DNA of 63,990 nt, filler included, from an uncultured Acidimicrobiia bacterium (GTDB lineage Bacteria; Actinomycetota; Acidimicrobiia; Spongiisociales; JAOTWH01), in assembly GCA_964347285.1 (NCBI GenBank). It is 3 parts of 3 records of this genome, joined end to end, with 100 filler letters (N's around TTAATTAATTAA, not from the genome) between each part and the next. Parts side by side here need not be neighbours in the genome. Positions count along the whole stretch, not along the records: positions 27,083 to 53,950 come from CAYFYE010000025.1; positions 54,051 to 63,990 come from CAYFYE010000090.1; 1 more part is not named here. One strand, 5' to 3'. The position numbers were made by a program, and so were the translations under genes. The notes under the pieces are model-generated. The model saw only the letters and a list, made by a program, of their open reading frames with translations, was not told where the DNA came from and made no database searches. Position 1 is the first letter of the stretch. Each line of letters starts with the position of its first letter. This document shows, one piece after another, positions 50,175-60,020 of this stretch.

Positions 50175-51307
50175 GCGGTCACCGATTGAGGGGCGAGAGC
50201 GTAGCCTTCGTCGTCGGTGGCCGATCGCACCTTGGCCAACAGGGCCGGGTCGATCCACTCTTCGTCCACGAACTCGGGGTATACCGGCAGCCGGGGCATC
50301 AGACGAAAGCCGGCCCCCTCGGTGCGGGCCTCCAACTCCTCCAGATGAGGCCAGGGAGCCTCGGGGTTCACCCAGTCGATGGTGAGCGGAGATACGCCGC
50401 CCCAGTCGTTGATGCCGGCATCCAGATAGGCCTCGAAGCGGTCGGTCAGATTGGGCGGCACCTGGAGGTTCATCTCCGGTCCCAGAATCCAGCGGGCCAC
50501 CGCCACCACCCGGGCCACGAACTGCACGGTCGGTTCCGCCCGGCGACGCATCCGGGTATCGGCCTTGGCCCGGAAGTTCTGGATGATCACCTCTTGAATG
50601 CAGCCCCACCGCTGCTGCAGAGCGGCCAGCGCAAACAGACTATCGACGATCTCGCTCGCATCCTCCCCGATTCCCACCAGGATGCCGGTCGTGAATGGGA
50701 CCCGGGCTCGGCCGGCGGCGGCGATCGTGTCGACCCGGACCTGAGGCTCCTTGTCGGGACATTCGTGATGGGGCATCCCCGGTTCCATCAGCCGAGGCGA
50801 CACGTTCTCCAGCATCAGGCCCATCGAGGGGCTGGAAGGTCGGAGAGCCCGCACCGCGGTCTCGTCCATGACGCCCGGATTGGCATGGGGCAGCAAGGCG
50901 CTCTCCGCCACCACCCGCTCGGTCATCTTCTGGGTGTACTCGAGGGTGGTGGCGCAGCCGTGCTCGTCGAGAAAGGCGCGTGCTTGCGGCCACCGTTCCT
51001 CGGGACGATCTCCGAGGGTGAACAGCGCTTCCGTGCACCCGCGCCTCTCCCCAGCCCAGACGACGGCCATGACGTCCTCCGGCGTCAGGTATTCGCCGCC
51101 CGCCCCGGGCGGCTTGACGAACGTGCAGTACGTGCAGGTATCCCGGCACAGCGTCGTCAGCGGGACGAAGACCTTGCGGGAGTAGGTGATGGTGCGGCCT
51201 CTGCCCTCGTCGCGCAGCCGGGCCGCTTCCCGCAGCAAGGCCTGCGTGTCGCGCCGGCCTTCCACGTATGCGCGGGCCAGGTCGGGGGAAGGAGCGGGAA
51301 ACGCCAT
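50171..51307 (-). CDS. cofG: FO synthase subunit CofG
   Basis: TYSRKVFVPLTTLCRDTCTYC, FTTGILVGIGE, QEVIIQNF, QVPPNL, GINDWGGVSP. Confidence 0.92.
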   Translation of the reverse strand: MAFPAPSPDLARAYVEGRRDTQALLREAARLRDEGRGRTITYSRKVFVPLTTLCRDTCTYCTFVKPPGAGGEYLTPEDVMAVVWAGERRGCTEALFTLGDRPEERWPQARAFLDEHGCATTLEYTQKMTERVVAESALLPHANPGVMDETAVRALRPSSPSMGLMLENVSPRLMEPGMPHHECPDKEPQVRVDTIAAAGRARVPFTTGILVGIGEDASEIVDSLFALAALQQRWGCIQEVIIQNFRAKADTRMRRRAEPTVQFVARVVAVARWILGPEMNLQVPPNLTDRFEAYLDAGINDWGGVSPLTIDWVNPEAPWPHLEELEARTEGAGFRLMPRLPVYPEFVDEEWIDPALLAKVRSATDDEGYALAPQSVTA

Positions 51308-51362
51308 TCTCCGGGACGCTATCACGGACGTGCCGCTAGGCACGGACCGCCGGCCCGACGGG

Positions 51363-51878
51363 TCAGAGCAGCCCCTCGGGGGGATCCACCACCACGAAGC
51401 CCCCGGAGGGGTGCACTTCGCCCACGATCCCTTCGACGAACGGAATCTCCGTGATAGCCCCGCCGACGGCCCGCACCACCAGGCGATCCTGGGCCTCTCC
51501 CAGCACCACGCCGGTGACGACGCCCAAGCGGGTCCCATCGGGAAGCAGCACGGCCAGCCCCTCGAGTTGATCGGGCCAAAACTCGTCCGCACCGAGAGGC
51601 CGCCGTTCGTCTGCTGCAATCGTCAGAGACACACCCCGCAGCTCCTCGGCAGCGTCGCGATCGTCGATGCCGCGCAGCTTCGCCAGCAGGGTTCCCCCAT
51701 GGCGGCGCAGGGCCTCGATCTCGACCGGGCGCGGCACCGGCTCATCCGTCAAGAAGCGCGCCCCGGCGACGAACCGGTCCGGAAAATCGGTGGCGGTGAC
51801 CAGGGCCACCTCCCCCCGGATCCCGTGGGCCCGGACCACCCGCCCCACAGGAACACGGCCCTCAGTCGAGGAACTCAA
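51363..51878 (-). CDS. rimM: Ribosome maturation factor RimM
   Basis: VGRVVRAHGIRGEV, IPFV, DPPEGLL; follows khpA. Confidence 0.92.
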   Translation of the reverse strand: MSSSTEGRVPVGRVVRAHGIRGEVALVTATDFPDRFVAGARFLTDEPVPRPVEIEALRRHGGTLLAKLRGIDDRDAAEELRGVSLTIAADERRPLGADEFWPDQLEGLAVLLPDGTRLGVVTGVVLGEAQDRLVVRAVGGAITEIPFVEGIVGEVHPSGGFVVVDPPEGLL

Positions 51879-52113
51879 CCTCGGCCCGCAGCCCTTCCTC
51901 GTCGGCGGCCGCCTGAGCGAGCGTCCGGATCGACTTGGCCACCCGGCCTCTCCTACCGATGACCCGGCCCATGTCCTCCTTGGCCGCCCTCACCTCAGCG
52001 ACTACTTCGTCGGGACCTTCCTCGACGATGGAGACCTCGACCGCGTCGGCATTGTCGGCGATCTCGGTGACCACGTAGCGGACCACCTTTTCGACGATCT
52101 CTCCCTTTTTCAC
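51862..52113 (-). CDS. khpA: KH-domain RNA-binding protein
   Basis: [18 protein letters not shown]; rpsP-KH-rimM synteny. Confidence 0.92.
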   Translation of the reverse strand: MKKGEIVEKVVRYVVTEIADNADAVEVSIVEEGPDEVVAEVRAAKEDMGRVIGRRGRVAKSIRTLAQAAADEEGLRAEVEFLD

Positions 52114-52580
52114 TCGGCCTCCTCACTGGCCTCGGCGACACCATCCTCCCCGGCTGCTTCCGGTTCGGGGACCGCCTCCGAAGCCTCCTCCGGTTGCCCG
52201 GAAGCGACCTCTTCGGAAACCTCGGCCCCTTCGGATGCAGCCGCCGCCCTCCGCTTCCTGGACGGCTTCTGCTTGGGAGGTGGAGGCGCCGGAGGTTCCC
52301 CGATGGTATGGATCTCTCCCTTGGCGGCCCGGAATCGGCCCCAGGCACCGGAGATCTCGAGGAGTTTGCGAACCGCTTCGGTCGGCTGGGCCCCCTTCTG
52401 CAGCCAGTCCAGGGCCCGGTCGTTGTCGATATCCACCAACGAAGGCTCCTGCAAGGGGTCGTACCGACCGATCTGTTCGATGAAGCGACCATCCCGAGGA
52501 GAGCGGGCATCGGCAACGACTACCCGGTAACTGGGCTGCCGCTTCTTGCCCATCCTCCGCAGGCGGATCTTCACCGCCAT
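52110..52580 (-). CDS. rpsP: 30S ribosomal protein S16 (C-terminal extension)
   Basis: [32 protein letters not shown]. Confidence 0.97.
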   Translation of the reverse strand: MAVKIRLRRMGKKRQPSYRVVVADARSPRDGRFIEQIGRYDPLQEPSLVDIDNDRALDWLQKGAQPTEAVRKLLEISGAWGRFRAAKGEIHTIGEPPAPPPPKQKPSRKRRAAAASEGAEVSEEVASGQPEEASEAVPEPEAAGEDGVAEASEEAE

Positions 52581-52584
52581 GACT

Positions 52585-53922
52585 TCACCTCTTCTTTCTT
52601 CTCCGCCTCTCTCCTCCGAGGAGACCCGCCAGCGGGCCGCCCCCATCGGAGAGGGACTTCATCATCTTCTGTGCCTCGGCGTATTGCTTCAGCAGCCGGT
52701 TGACGTCCTGGGGCGACGTCCCCGAGCCGTCGGCGATCCGGCGCCGTCTGGTGCCCCGGATGATCTTGGGATTACGGCGCTCTTCGAGCGTCATCGACCG
52801 AATGATGGCCTCGACGCGAGCCACGTCCCTCTCGGACACCTGCACGTCGCCGAGACCCGAGGCGCCGGGGAGCATACCAACCAATTGGCCGAGTGGCCCC
52901 ATCTTGCGCAATTGCTGGAACTGATCGAGGAAGTCATCGAGGGTGAACGACGCGCTCAGCAGCTTCTCGGCGGCCTGGTGGGCCTCCTCGGCGTCCCAGG
53001 CCTGCTCGGCCTTCTCGATGAGCGTAAGCACGTCACCCATGCCGAGGATTCGTGAGGCCATCCGGTCGGGATGAAACGGCTCGAAATCGGCCAGCGACTC
53101 GCCCACTCCTGCATATTTGATGGGCCGCCCGGTGATCTCTCGCGCCGAGATGGCGGCCCCTCCCCTGGCATCGCCGTCGAGCTTGGTCAGGACGATTCCG
53201 GTCAGATCGGTCTCGGCCAAGAAGCCTTGAGCCACGTTGACCGCGTCCTGGCCGGTCATGGCATCGACGACCAGCAGCACTTCGTCGGGCTCGGCCGCCT
53301 TGCGGACCTCGGCCAGTTCGGCCATGAGTTCTCGGTCGATCTGAAGGCGACCGGCCGTGTCGACGACCAGGGAGTCGTGACCGGAGCGTTGCGCCTCTTT
53401 GAGGGCGGCCTTGACCAGCTTGGCCGGCTTGGCCTTGCGGTCGGTGTAGGTCGTCACGCCGATGCGCTCGCCGAGAGCTTCGAGTTGATCGATGGCGGCC
53501 GGTCGCTGCAGGTCGGCCGCCACCAGCATCGGTCTTCGCCCCTTCCCTTTGAGATGGAGAGCCATCTTGGCGGCCGTGGTCGTCTTGCCGGACCCCTGCA
53601 AGCCCACCATGAGGATGGTGAGGGGCGCCTTGGCCGGGGCGGCGAGGGGCGCCGCCTCCCCGCCCAGGGTGGTGATCAACTCCTCGTGGACGATCTTGAT
53701 CACTTGCTGGGCCGGCGTGAGGCTCTCGGTGACCTCGGCGCCCACCGCCCGCTCCCGCACCCGGCCGAGGAGGCTCTTGGCAACGGGCACGGCCACGTCC
53801 GCTTCCAGCAGTGCCAGGCGCACCTCTCTCAGGGTGGCGTCGACGTCGTCTTCCGACAGCCGGCCTTTGCCGCGCAGCCGTTGGAAGACGCCCGAGAGCC
53901 GGTCGGTGAGGGTGTCGAACAT
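52585..53922 (-). CDS. ffh: Signal recognition particle protein
   Basis: [32 protein letters not shown] domain. Confidence 0.97.
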   Translation of the reverse strand: MFDTLTDRLSGVFQRLRGKGRLSEDDVDATLREVRLALLEADVAVPVAKSLLGRVRERAVGAEVTESLTPAQQVIKIVHEELITTLGGEAAPLAAPAKAPLTILMVGLQGSGKTTTAAKMALHLKGKGRRPMLVAADLQRPAAIDQLEALGERIGVTTYTDRKAKPAKLVKAALKEAQRSGHDSLVVDTAGRLQIDRELMAELAEVRKAAEPDEVLLVVDAMTGQDAVNVAQGFLAETDLTGIVLTKLDGDARGGAAISAREITGRPIKYAGVGESLADFEPFHPDRMASRILGMGDVLTLIEKAEQAWDAEEAHQAAEKLLSASFTLDDFLDQFQQLRKMGPLGQLVGMLPGASGLGDVQVSERDVARVEAIIRSMTLEERRNPKIIRGTRRRRIADGSGTSPQDVNRLLKQYAEAQKMMKSLSDGGGPLAGLLGGERRRRKKR

Positions 53923-53950
53923 CCCTGCGAGTGTATCGACGGGCGGCGCC

Positions 53951-54050
53951 NNNNNNNNNNNNNNNNNNNNNNNNNNNNNNNNNNNNNNNNNNNNTTAATT
54001 AATTAANNNNNNNNNNNNNNNNNNNNNNNNNNNNNNNNNNNNNNNNNNNN
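53951..54050. other. Artificial contig-join linker
   Basis: N44-TTAATTAATTAA-N44. Confidence 0.95.
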
Positions 54051-54343
54051 CAGCGATCGACCAACCACTGGATGCTGGCCGGCACGCTACTGCTCTTCGC
54101 CTTCGGTGCTACCCAATGCGACGGCCGTGGGTTTGTGAACCTGGATCACCTCCAGGAGGTGCACCGCTTCACCGACCTCGATGGCGCCGAGTCGCCGTCC
54201 ATGTACTTCATTTTCTTGCAGACGTCGTAATCGAAGCTGCACATGTCCCGGGCCAGTTGGTAGAAGAGCGGTCCCGGCACGGACTGGTGCCCACGGGCGA
54301 TGAACTTCCGACTGGTGGCGTCGCTTGCCTTCGCGGATCCGGC

Positions 54344-55000
54344 CTAGACGTAGAGGTGGATGTCGGCCTCCTCCATGATCGACATAAAGGTCAGGTACTC
54401 AACAATGGGAAGGTCATCGAAGATGAAGTCCTCCCGGCTGACCTTGAAGGGCTGCATGGAACCTCCGCACACGTAGAGGTGGGCGCCGAGGCTGCGCAGC
54501 TGGCGGAGCTTCTCCTGTGCCGGGATATGTCCCGCCTTGGTCATGCCGGAGGCGGCGAACCGGCTGAAGGGGCGAGCCCAACCCTTGAGCTTGGGTCGGA
54601 ACCCTTCAGCAAGCACCCGAACTGCCGGACCTTGGAAGTAGAGGGAGACCGCGATGCCCTCGAGAGCCGCGCCTAAGGCGAACCCGAGTGGCGAAAGCAG
54701 CTCCGTGAGCCCATGGTCGGAGATGATCATGGCCAATCTGGTGTCTTTGGCCTTCGGGCTTCCCTTCTCGATCAGGAACTGCTGCCCCCTCGCAGTCCTC
54801 TCGGAGGAAAGCAGCACGTGTCCGGTGGCCTGACACCAGGCGGAGATGTCCCACCTGAACGGTTCAAAGTCGTCGGTGAGGAGCTCCAGCACCTCGCCTT
54901 CGTTCATCGTCTGGAGCTCGGTGGCGGCGTCGAACACTACGAAGGTGGTGATGGTCTTACCCGTGCGATCAAGGGATTTCTGGGCTGTGACGGTCTTCAT
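54344..55000 (-). CDS. TusA-like/DsrE fusion protein
   Basis: N-domain GEVLELLTDD...DISAWCQATGH (TusA/SirA fold); C-domain VSLYFQGPAV...LYVCGGS (DsrE); SD GGAGG. Confidence 0.75.
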   Translation of the reverse strand: MKTVTAQKSLDRTGKTITTFVVFDAATELQTMNEGEVLELLTDDFEPFRWDISAWCQATGHVLLSSERTARGQQFLIEKGSPKAKDTRLAMIISDHGLTELLSPLGFALGAALEGIAVSLYFQGPAVRVLAEGFRPKLKGWARPFSRFAASGMTKAGHIPAQEKLRQLRSLGAHLYVCGGSMQPFKVSREDFIFDDLPIVEYLTFMSIMEEADIHLYV

Positions 55001-55376
55001 GATCGACCTCCCGCTCTGTAGGGGATCCACAATGGCCATGTCACCAGATCCCCGAGAGTCCGACTAGGGCCACTTGACCCCTTGGCGGCGCGGCACCGAA
55101 CTCGACGACCCACGCCGATCACCCATTGATGAGCAGTAATGCTGAGATCCCGCAGGCGCCCGGGGATCGGGCCGTCGGCGCTGGTTGCGAGGCCCAGCGT
55201 CGGAATACTCATCCGCTGCCTCACCATTTCCGCTTGTCTCGCCCGGCCTTTCGAGGGACGTGATCACGGTCGTGTGGTCGGTGCCCGTGCGGCTGAGCGT
55301 CTTCGAGATCGAGGCGCCCACCGGGTTTGCGGTTCTTCCCCTGGACAGAGGGACCCCTTGTGGTGCGTCCCGCCGT

Positions 55377-56855
55377 TCACTCCCAGCGCTGGGCGACGAT
55401 CTTGCGATCGGTGAAGAACAAGAACGACTCTCCACGCCCATGTACGGCACCGTATCCCGATTCCTTTAGGCCGCCCAGCGTCGCCCACGCCTGAGTCGCC
55501 GGCACACCGACGTTGATGCCGATGTTGCCCACCGGTACCCGTGATTCGAACTCCCGGGCGGTAGGTCCACTCGTCGTAAAGAGCATCGCCGAATGGCCGT
55601 AACGGCTTTGCTCGATGAGCGAGATCGCCTCGTCGAGGTCTGCGGCCGGGCTGATCGAGGCCACCGGCCCGAACACCTCTTCCTGAGCGATCTCCATGCC
55701 GGGAGCGACGCCGTCGAGGATGGTCGGCCCGACGAAGGCTCCGTCGGGCCAGTCGGGAACGTCGGGGTTGCGGCCGTCGAGTAGGGGTACGGCACCTTCG
55801 TCCACTGCCCTATCGATCATTCCGTTGATGCGGTCTCGGTCGCGGTGGGTGACCACCGGGCCAAGGTCGACGCTCTCGTCGAGCCCGTACCCGAGTTTCC
55901 ATCGCGAGGCCGCGTCCACGAACTTGTCCCGTAGCGGTTCGTACGCCTCGCCGACCGGCACCAGGACCGATCCCGCCAGACAGCGCTGGCCGCCGGCGCC
56001 GAAAAACGAGAGGAGCGCCGCGTCAACTACCGCGTCGAGGTCGGTGTCGGGCATGACCACGAAGTGGTTCTTGGCCCCGGTTGCCGCTTGGCCCCGCTTG
56101 CCGAGCGAGGCAGCCTTGGCATACAGCATTGCTCCGACGGGCGTCGACCCGACGAAGGAGAAGCCCTCGGTGTCGGGGTGCTCCATGAGAGCGTTCACTA
56201 CGTTGGACCCGCCATTGACGAGGTTGAGCACTCCGGGAGGGAAGCCGCACTCGTCGATCAACTCGAAGATGCGCATCTGGGTGAGCGGCACCCGCGACGA
56301 CGGCTTGTTGATGTAGGTGCAACCGGCGGCGACCGCATAGGGCAGGTATTCGAGCGGCACCATTGCCGGGAAGTTGAACGAAGGCACCATGAAGAAAACG
56401 CCTCGTGGCACATAGGTCACCTTGAGGTCGAGGGATGGCCCGATGTTTTCCTGGTGGTAGCCGCGGGTGGTGCTGGGAATCGCGCAGGCGGCTTCGATTT
56501 CCTCGATGGCCCGCAACATCTCGGCACGGGCGTCCTTGATGGTTTTGCCCATCTCCTGGACGAGCGTGCGTGCCAGGTCTTCCTTGTTCTCCTCGAGCAG
56601 ATGTTTGAGGTGAAAGAAGGGCCGGGTCCGTTGCACCACCGACGTGTGCCGCCACTCCTGGAATGCCTCCTTGGCGATCGCCACCGTGTCGGCGACCTCG
56701 TCCGGAGTCGAGTCGGGGACCCGGGCGATGGTCGTACCGGTCGCGGGGTTGACCACGTCCCGGAGTGGTCCAGTGGATTCCTGCCACTTGCCTCCGACGT
56801 AGTTCTTGAGCGTGCCGTAGTCAGCCTTGGGCTCGGGCAACAGGGTGTCCGGCAT
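55377..56855 (-). CDS. CoA-acylating (methyl)malonate-semialdehyde dehydrogenase-like ALDH
   Basis: SFNFPAMVP, FVGSTPV, GAKNH (no ELGGK), GQRCLA, EEVFGPV. Confidence 0.85.
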   Translation of the reverse strand: MPDTLLPEPKADYGTLKNYVGGKWQESTGPLRDVVNPATGTTIARVPDSTPDEVADTVAIAKEAFQEWRHTSVVQRTRPFFHLKHLLEENKEDLARTLVQEMGKTIKDARAEMLRAIEEIEAACAIPSTTRGYHQENIGPSLDLKVTYVPRGVFFMVPSFNFPAMVPLEYLPYAVAAGCTYINKPSSRVPLTQMRIFELIDECGFPPGVLNLVNGGSNVVNALMEHPDTEGFSFVGSTPVGAMLYAKAASLGKRGQAATGAKNHFVVMPDTDLDAVVDAALLSFFGAGGQRCLAGSVLVPVGEAYEPLRDKFVDAASRWKLGYGLDESVDLGPVVTHRDRDRINGMIDRAVDEGAVPLLDGRNPDVPDWPDGAFVGPTILDGVAPGMEIAQEEVFGPVASISPAADLDEAISLIEQSRYGHSAMLFTTSGPTAREFESRVPVGNIGINVGVPATQAWATLGGLKESGYGAVHGRGESFLFFTDRKIVAQRWE

Positions 56856-56905
56856 CCGTTCCTCCTCCGGCCCGACGACGCGAGCCTCTTGTCAGTCGCG
56901 GGTGG

Positions 56906-57478
56906 TCAGTCCAGCCCATTCTCACCTTTCACATCCTCGAGACGGAGGCCTCCGAGACGGAAGTTGGGTCGGCCCCGGCTGGCAGCGGCGAGGATGACGA
57001 CCACTTCGTCGGGCTCAGGGGCATCGGGAAGGCTGACCGTGATCGTGTCGTAGTGGGACCGCACCTTCAACGCGTCCTTATAGGCGAGTGGAACGTCGAT
57101 GACCGTGCCGGGGACACCGCGTTTGCCCGTCGACTGGAGCCAGGCCTTGCCCCCTCCCACCGCCTCCCGGAACCGGTCGGCGGCGGGGGTGGTCAGGAAG
57201 GCGTGGCCGTGCTCGACCTCGCCGTTGATACCCACCAGGCTCGCCTTGCCGTATGACTCCACGGGGACCCCCATCGCCTCTACGAGGCGCTGGGCGAGGA
57301 GATCGCCCAGCTCGACGCTGAAGTCAAGGATCTCGCCCAGCTCCTCGGAGTACCGTCCGGCGTAGGGGTTGGAGACCACAGCGGCCGCGGCCACCTTGCG
57401 ATACAGAGGGTCGACGGGGATGCCTGCTTCGGTGAGGCCATCCTCGACGATCGTGACGACCTTACGAATGCTCGGCAC
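56906..57478 (-). CDS. Amino-acid-synthesis (DUF1185-like) family protein
   Basis: IRKVV, NPYAG, SYGKA, GEVEH, RSHYD, DAPEPDE, GRP. Confidence 0.8.
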   Translation of the reverse strand: MPSIRKVVTIVEDGLTEAGIPVDPLYRKVAAAAVVSNPYAGRYSEELGEILDFSVELGDLLAQRLVEAMGVPVESYGKASLVGINGEVEHGHAFLTTPAADRFREAVGGGKAWLQSTGKRGVPGTVIDVPLAYKDALKVRSHYDTITVSLPDAPEPDEVVVILAAASRGRPNFRLGGLRLEDVKGENGLD

Positions 57479-57605
57479 CGACGGCCTCCGGTTTGGGGTG
57501 GCGTGGCCACCAGTTGCCGCCGTCACGGCCTCCTCGGTAGTCTGTCTCTCTGTAAGAGACAACCCTACCCGATGGCATCTCGTGGTGCTGGGAGAGGAGA
57601 CACTC

Positions 57606-59216
57606 ATGGCGGGCGAGACCCTCGACCTGAAGGTGGTGAACGGGACGGTTGTGCTGGGCGACGGCCGGCATGACGTCGGCGTCGGCGTCAAGGACGGGAA
57701 GGTGGTCCTCCTCGCCCCCGATGAGTTTCTCCCCGAATCCACGGAGACAATCGACGCCAAGGGCCATTACGTCCTTCCCGGCATCGTCGATTCCGAAGCC
57801 CATCCGGGTTGCTACGTGCCCTTCGACCATGACATGACTACCGAGTCCCGCGCGGCCGCCTGCGCCGGCGTCACCACCTGGGGCATTCAGGCGCCCGTCA
57901 CCCGTCTCGGCACGGTGCCGTTCAAGGAGGTCGTTGCCAAGGCAGACGTAGGTTCGTTCAACGACGCCTTTCCGTCTGGCAAGGAGGTCATCGAGACCGT
58001 CAGCCACGTCGACGCCTACTTCACCTACATGCTCGAGACCGACCAACAGGCCGACGAGATCCCACAGTACGCCGAAGAGCACGGCGTTACCTCCTACAAG
58101 CTGTACCTGCAGACCCGCAGCATGAAAGGCATGGCCGACGACGCCGACACCAACTGGCCGAGTCGCCGAGCGGGTCTTGGCACCGGGATCGACGACGGCA
58201 CCATCTACCGGGTGATGGAGGAGGTGGGGCGGCTCGGGTACCCCGGCATCGTCCACATCCATCCCGAGAACTGGGAGATCGGGCGGATCTTCGAGGATCG
58301 GCTGCGGGACGCCGGACGCACCGACTTCGGCGCGTGGACCGATCGCTCCCCCGACTTCCTCGAGGCGCAACACGTGCGCGCCTACGCATACCTTGCCATG
58401 CAGACCCCGGGCCATGTTCCGCTATACCTGCAGCACTGCACCACCAGACTCAGCTTCGAGGAGGTGTTGCGGGCCCGCGCCGAGGGCCTGGAGCTGTACG
58501 CCCAGACCGGACCGCCATGGCTGTGGGCCGAGCCGGAGTACGGCTGGCGCATCAATGTTCCGCTCCGGCGCCGGGACAACATCGAGGCGTTGTGGGTGGC
58601 CCTCGCCGATGGCGTGGTCGACGTCGTCGGGTCCGACCACGTCGTGGGCTGGGAGCCGACGGACTACGACCTGATGTACAACGAGAACATCTGGGATCTG
58701 CGGACCGGCTTCAGCCGCGTCGAGATGTTCTTGCCTGTGATGCTCTCCGAAGGCGTCAACGGGCACCGATGCAGCCTGGAGCGGGTGGTCCAGGTCTCGT
58801 GTGAGAACCCGGCCAAGACGTCGGGTCTGTGGGGCAAGAAGGGGTCGCTGTTGCCGGGCTTCGACGCCGACATGGTGATCGTCGACCTGGGTCGGGAGGT
58901 GGAGGTCGGCAAAGAGCACATCAACACCAGGGCGGGGTGGTCGCTCATGGAGGGTCACACCTTCACCGGATGGCCCATCAAGACGATCATGCGGGGTCGG
59001 GTGACGGCGGAATGGGCGGACGACTCCCCCGGGATGCGTCCCGTCGGCGAGCCACGGGGGCAATACCAGCCCCGTACCGTTGGCGAGGCTGGGCCGCCGG
59101 CTCAGCTCACCAGCCCCGTTCGCCTCGCCCCCACAGATCGCTGGCTGGCCGACGACTTCATCAGACCCGGTTTCAGTCCCGAGACCACCCGGTACTCCGG
59201 ACCGATCGGAGGCTGA
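57606..59216 (+). CDS. Dihydropyrimidinase/allantoinase-like cyclic amidohydrolase
   Basis: VLPGIVDSEAH, AACAGVTT, SYKLY, HPEN, GSDH, NPAK, GFDAD; SD GAGGAG. Confidence 0.8.
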   Translation: MAGETLDLKVVNGTVVLGDGRHDVGVGVKDGKVVLLAPDEFLPESTETIDAKGHYVLPGIVDSEAHPGCYVPFDHDMTTESRAAACAGVTTWGIQAPVTRLGTVPFKEVVAKADVGSFNDAFPSGKEVIETVSHVDAYFTYMLETDQQADEIPQYAEEHGVTSYKLYLQTRSMKGMADDADTNWPSRRAGLGTGIDDGTIYRVMEEVGRLGYPGIVHIHPENWEIGRIFEDRLRDAGRTDFGAWTDRSPDFLEAQHVRAYAYLAMQTPGHVPLYLQHCTTRLSFEEVLRARAEGLELYAQTGPPWLWAEPEYGWRINVPLRRRDNIEALWVALADGVVDVVGSDHVVGWEPTDYDLMYNENIWDLRTGFSRVEMFLPVMLSEGVNGHRCSLERVVQVSCENPAKTSGLWGKKGSLLPGFDADMVIVDLGREVEVGKEHINTRAGWSLMEGHTFTGWPIKTIMRGRVTAEWADDSPGMRPVGEPRGQYQPRTVGEAGPPAQLTSPVRLAPTDRWLADDFIRPGFSPETTRYSGPIGG

Positions 59217-59219
59217 GCG

Positions 59220-59978
59220 GTGGCGATCTGGGACGACGTGATTACCGATACCGATCGGGCTGTCTTCGAGGCCGCCGGCTGGGGCAGGCGCGCCGGCTAC
59301 GGCGAGCGGCCCGCGGTGATGGTCATCGACGTCAACTACAACTTCTGCGGCGACCGCGACGAGCCGATCCTCGAGTCGATCAAGCGGTGGCGCTACTCGT
59401 GCGGCGGCATTGCCTGGTCCCGGGGTCTCCCCGCCATCCAGTCGATTCTCGAGGTGGCGCGCCGCAAGCGACTTCCGGTGATCTACACCACCAACCCGCG
59501 CCGCGAGGACGGATTCGACCTGGGGGTGTGGACGCTGAAGAGCCATCGCGCCGAGGACGACGTCGACGTCATGGGACACAAAGGAAACGAGATCGTCGCC
59601 GAGGTGGCCCCGCTGCCTGACGACCTGTTCATCGAGAAGCGCAAGCCGTCGGCATTCTTCGGGACGCCGCTCATGAGCCACCTCAACCAGATGGGTGCCG
59701 ACTCCCTGATACTCACCGGGAGCACCACGAGCGGGTGTGTGCGGGCCACGGCGGTGGATGCCCTCTCCTATGACCTTCGCGTCACCATCCCCCACGAGGC
59801 GGTGTTCGACCGTGGAGAGGTGTCGCACAAGATCGCGTTGTTCGACCTGCACATGAAGTACGTCGACGTCACGGACACTGCCGACGTCCTTTCCTATCTC
59901 GAGGGCCTCAAAGCCGGTTTGTTCGATGAGACCTATCCGCCGGCAGCGGCGGCAGCACAGGAGGCGCAACCGCGCTAG
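59220..59978 (+). CDS. Isochorismatase-family cysteine hydrolase (N-carbamoylsarcosine/maleamate amidase-like)
   Basis: GERPAVMVID, KRKPSAFFGT, GSTTSGCVRATAVDA. Confidence 0.88.
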   Translation: MAIWDDVITDTDRAVFEAAGWGRRAGYGERPAVMVIDVNYNFCGDRDEPILESIKRWRYSCGGIAWSRGLPAIQSILEVARRKRLPVIYTTNPRREDGFDLGVWTLKSHRAEDDVDVMGHKGNEIVAEVAPLPDDLFIEKRKPSAFFGTPLMSHLNQMGADSLILTGSTTSGCVRATAVDALSYDLRVTIPHEAVFDRGEVSHKIALFDLHMKYVDVTDTADVLSYLEGLKAGLFDETYPPAAAAAQEAQPR

Positions 59979-60020
59979 GAATCGGGGCGTTGGGATGCCG
60001 CCCCAAACCGAGGAGCCGAC

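Noticed and set aside
54051..54343. Short coding-like minus-strand fragment (...LFYQLARDMCSFDYDVCKKMKYMD...)
   Set aside because: No clear start or recognisable family, and it lies near a contig edge; insufficient support.
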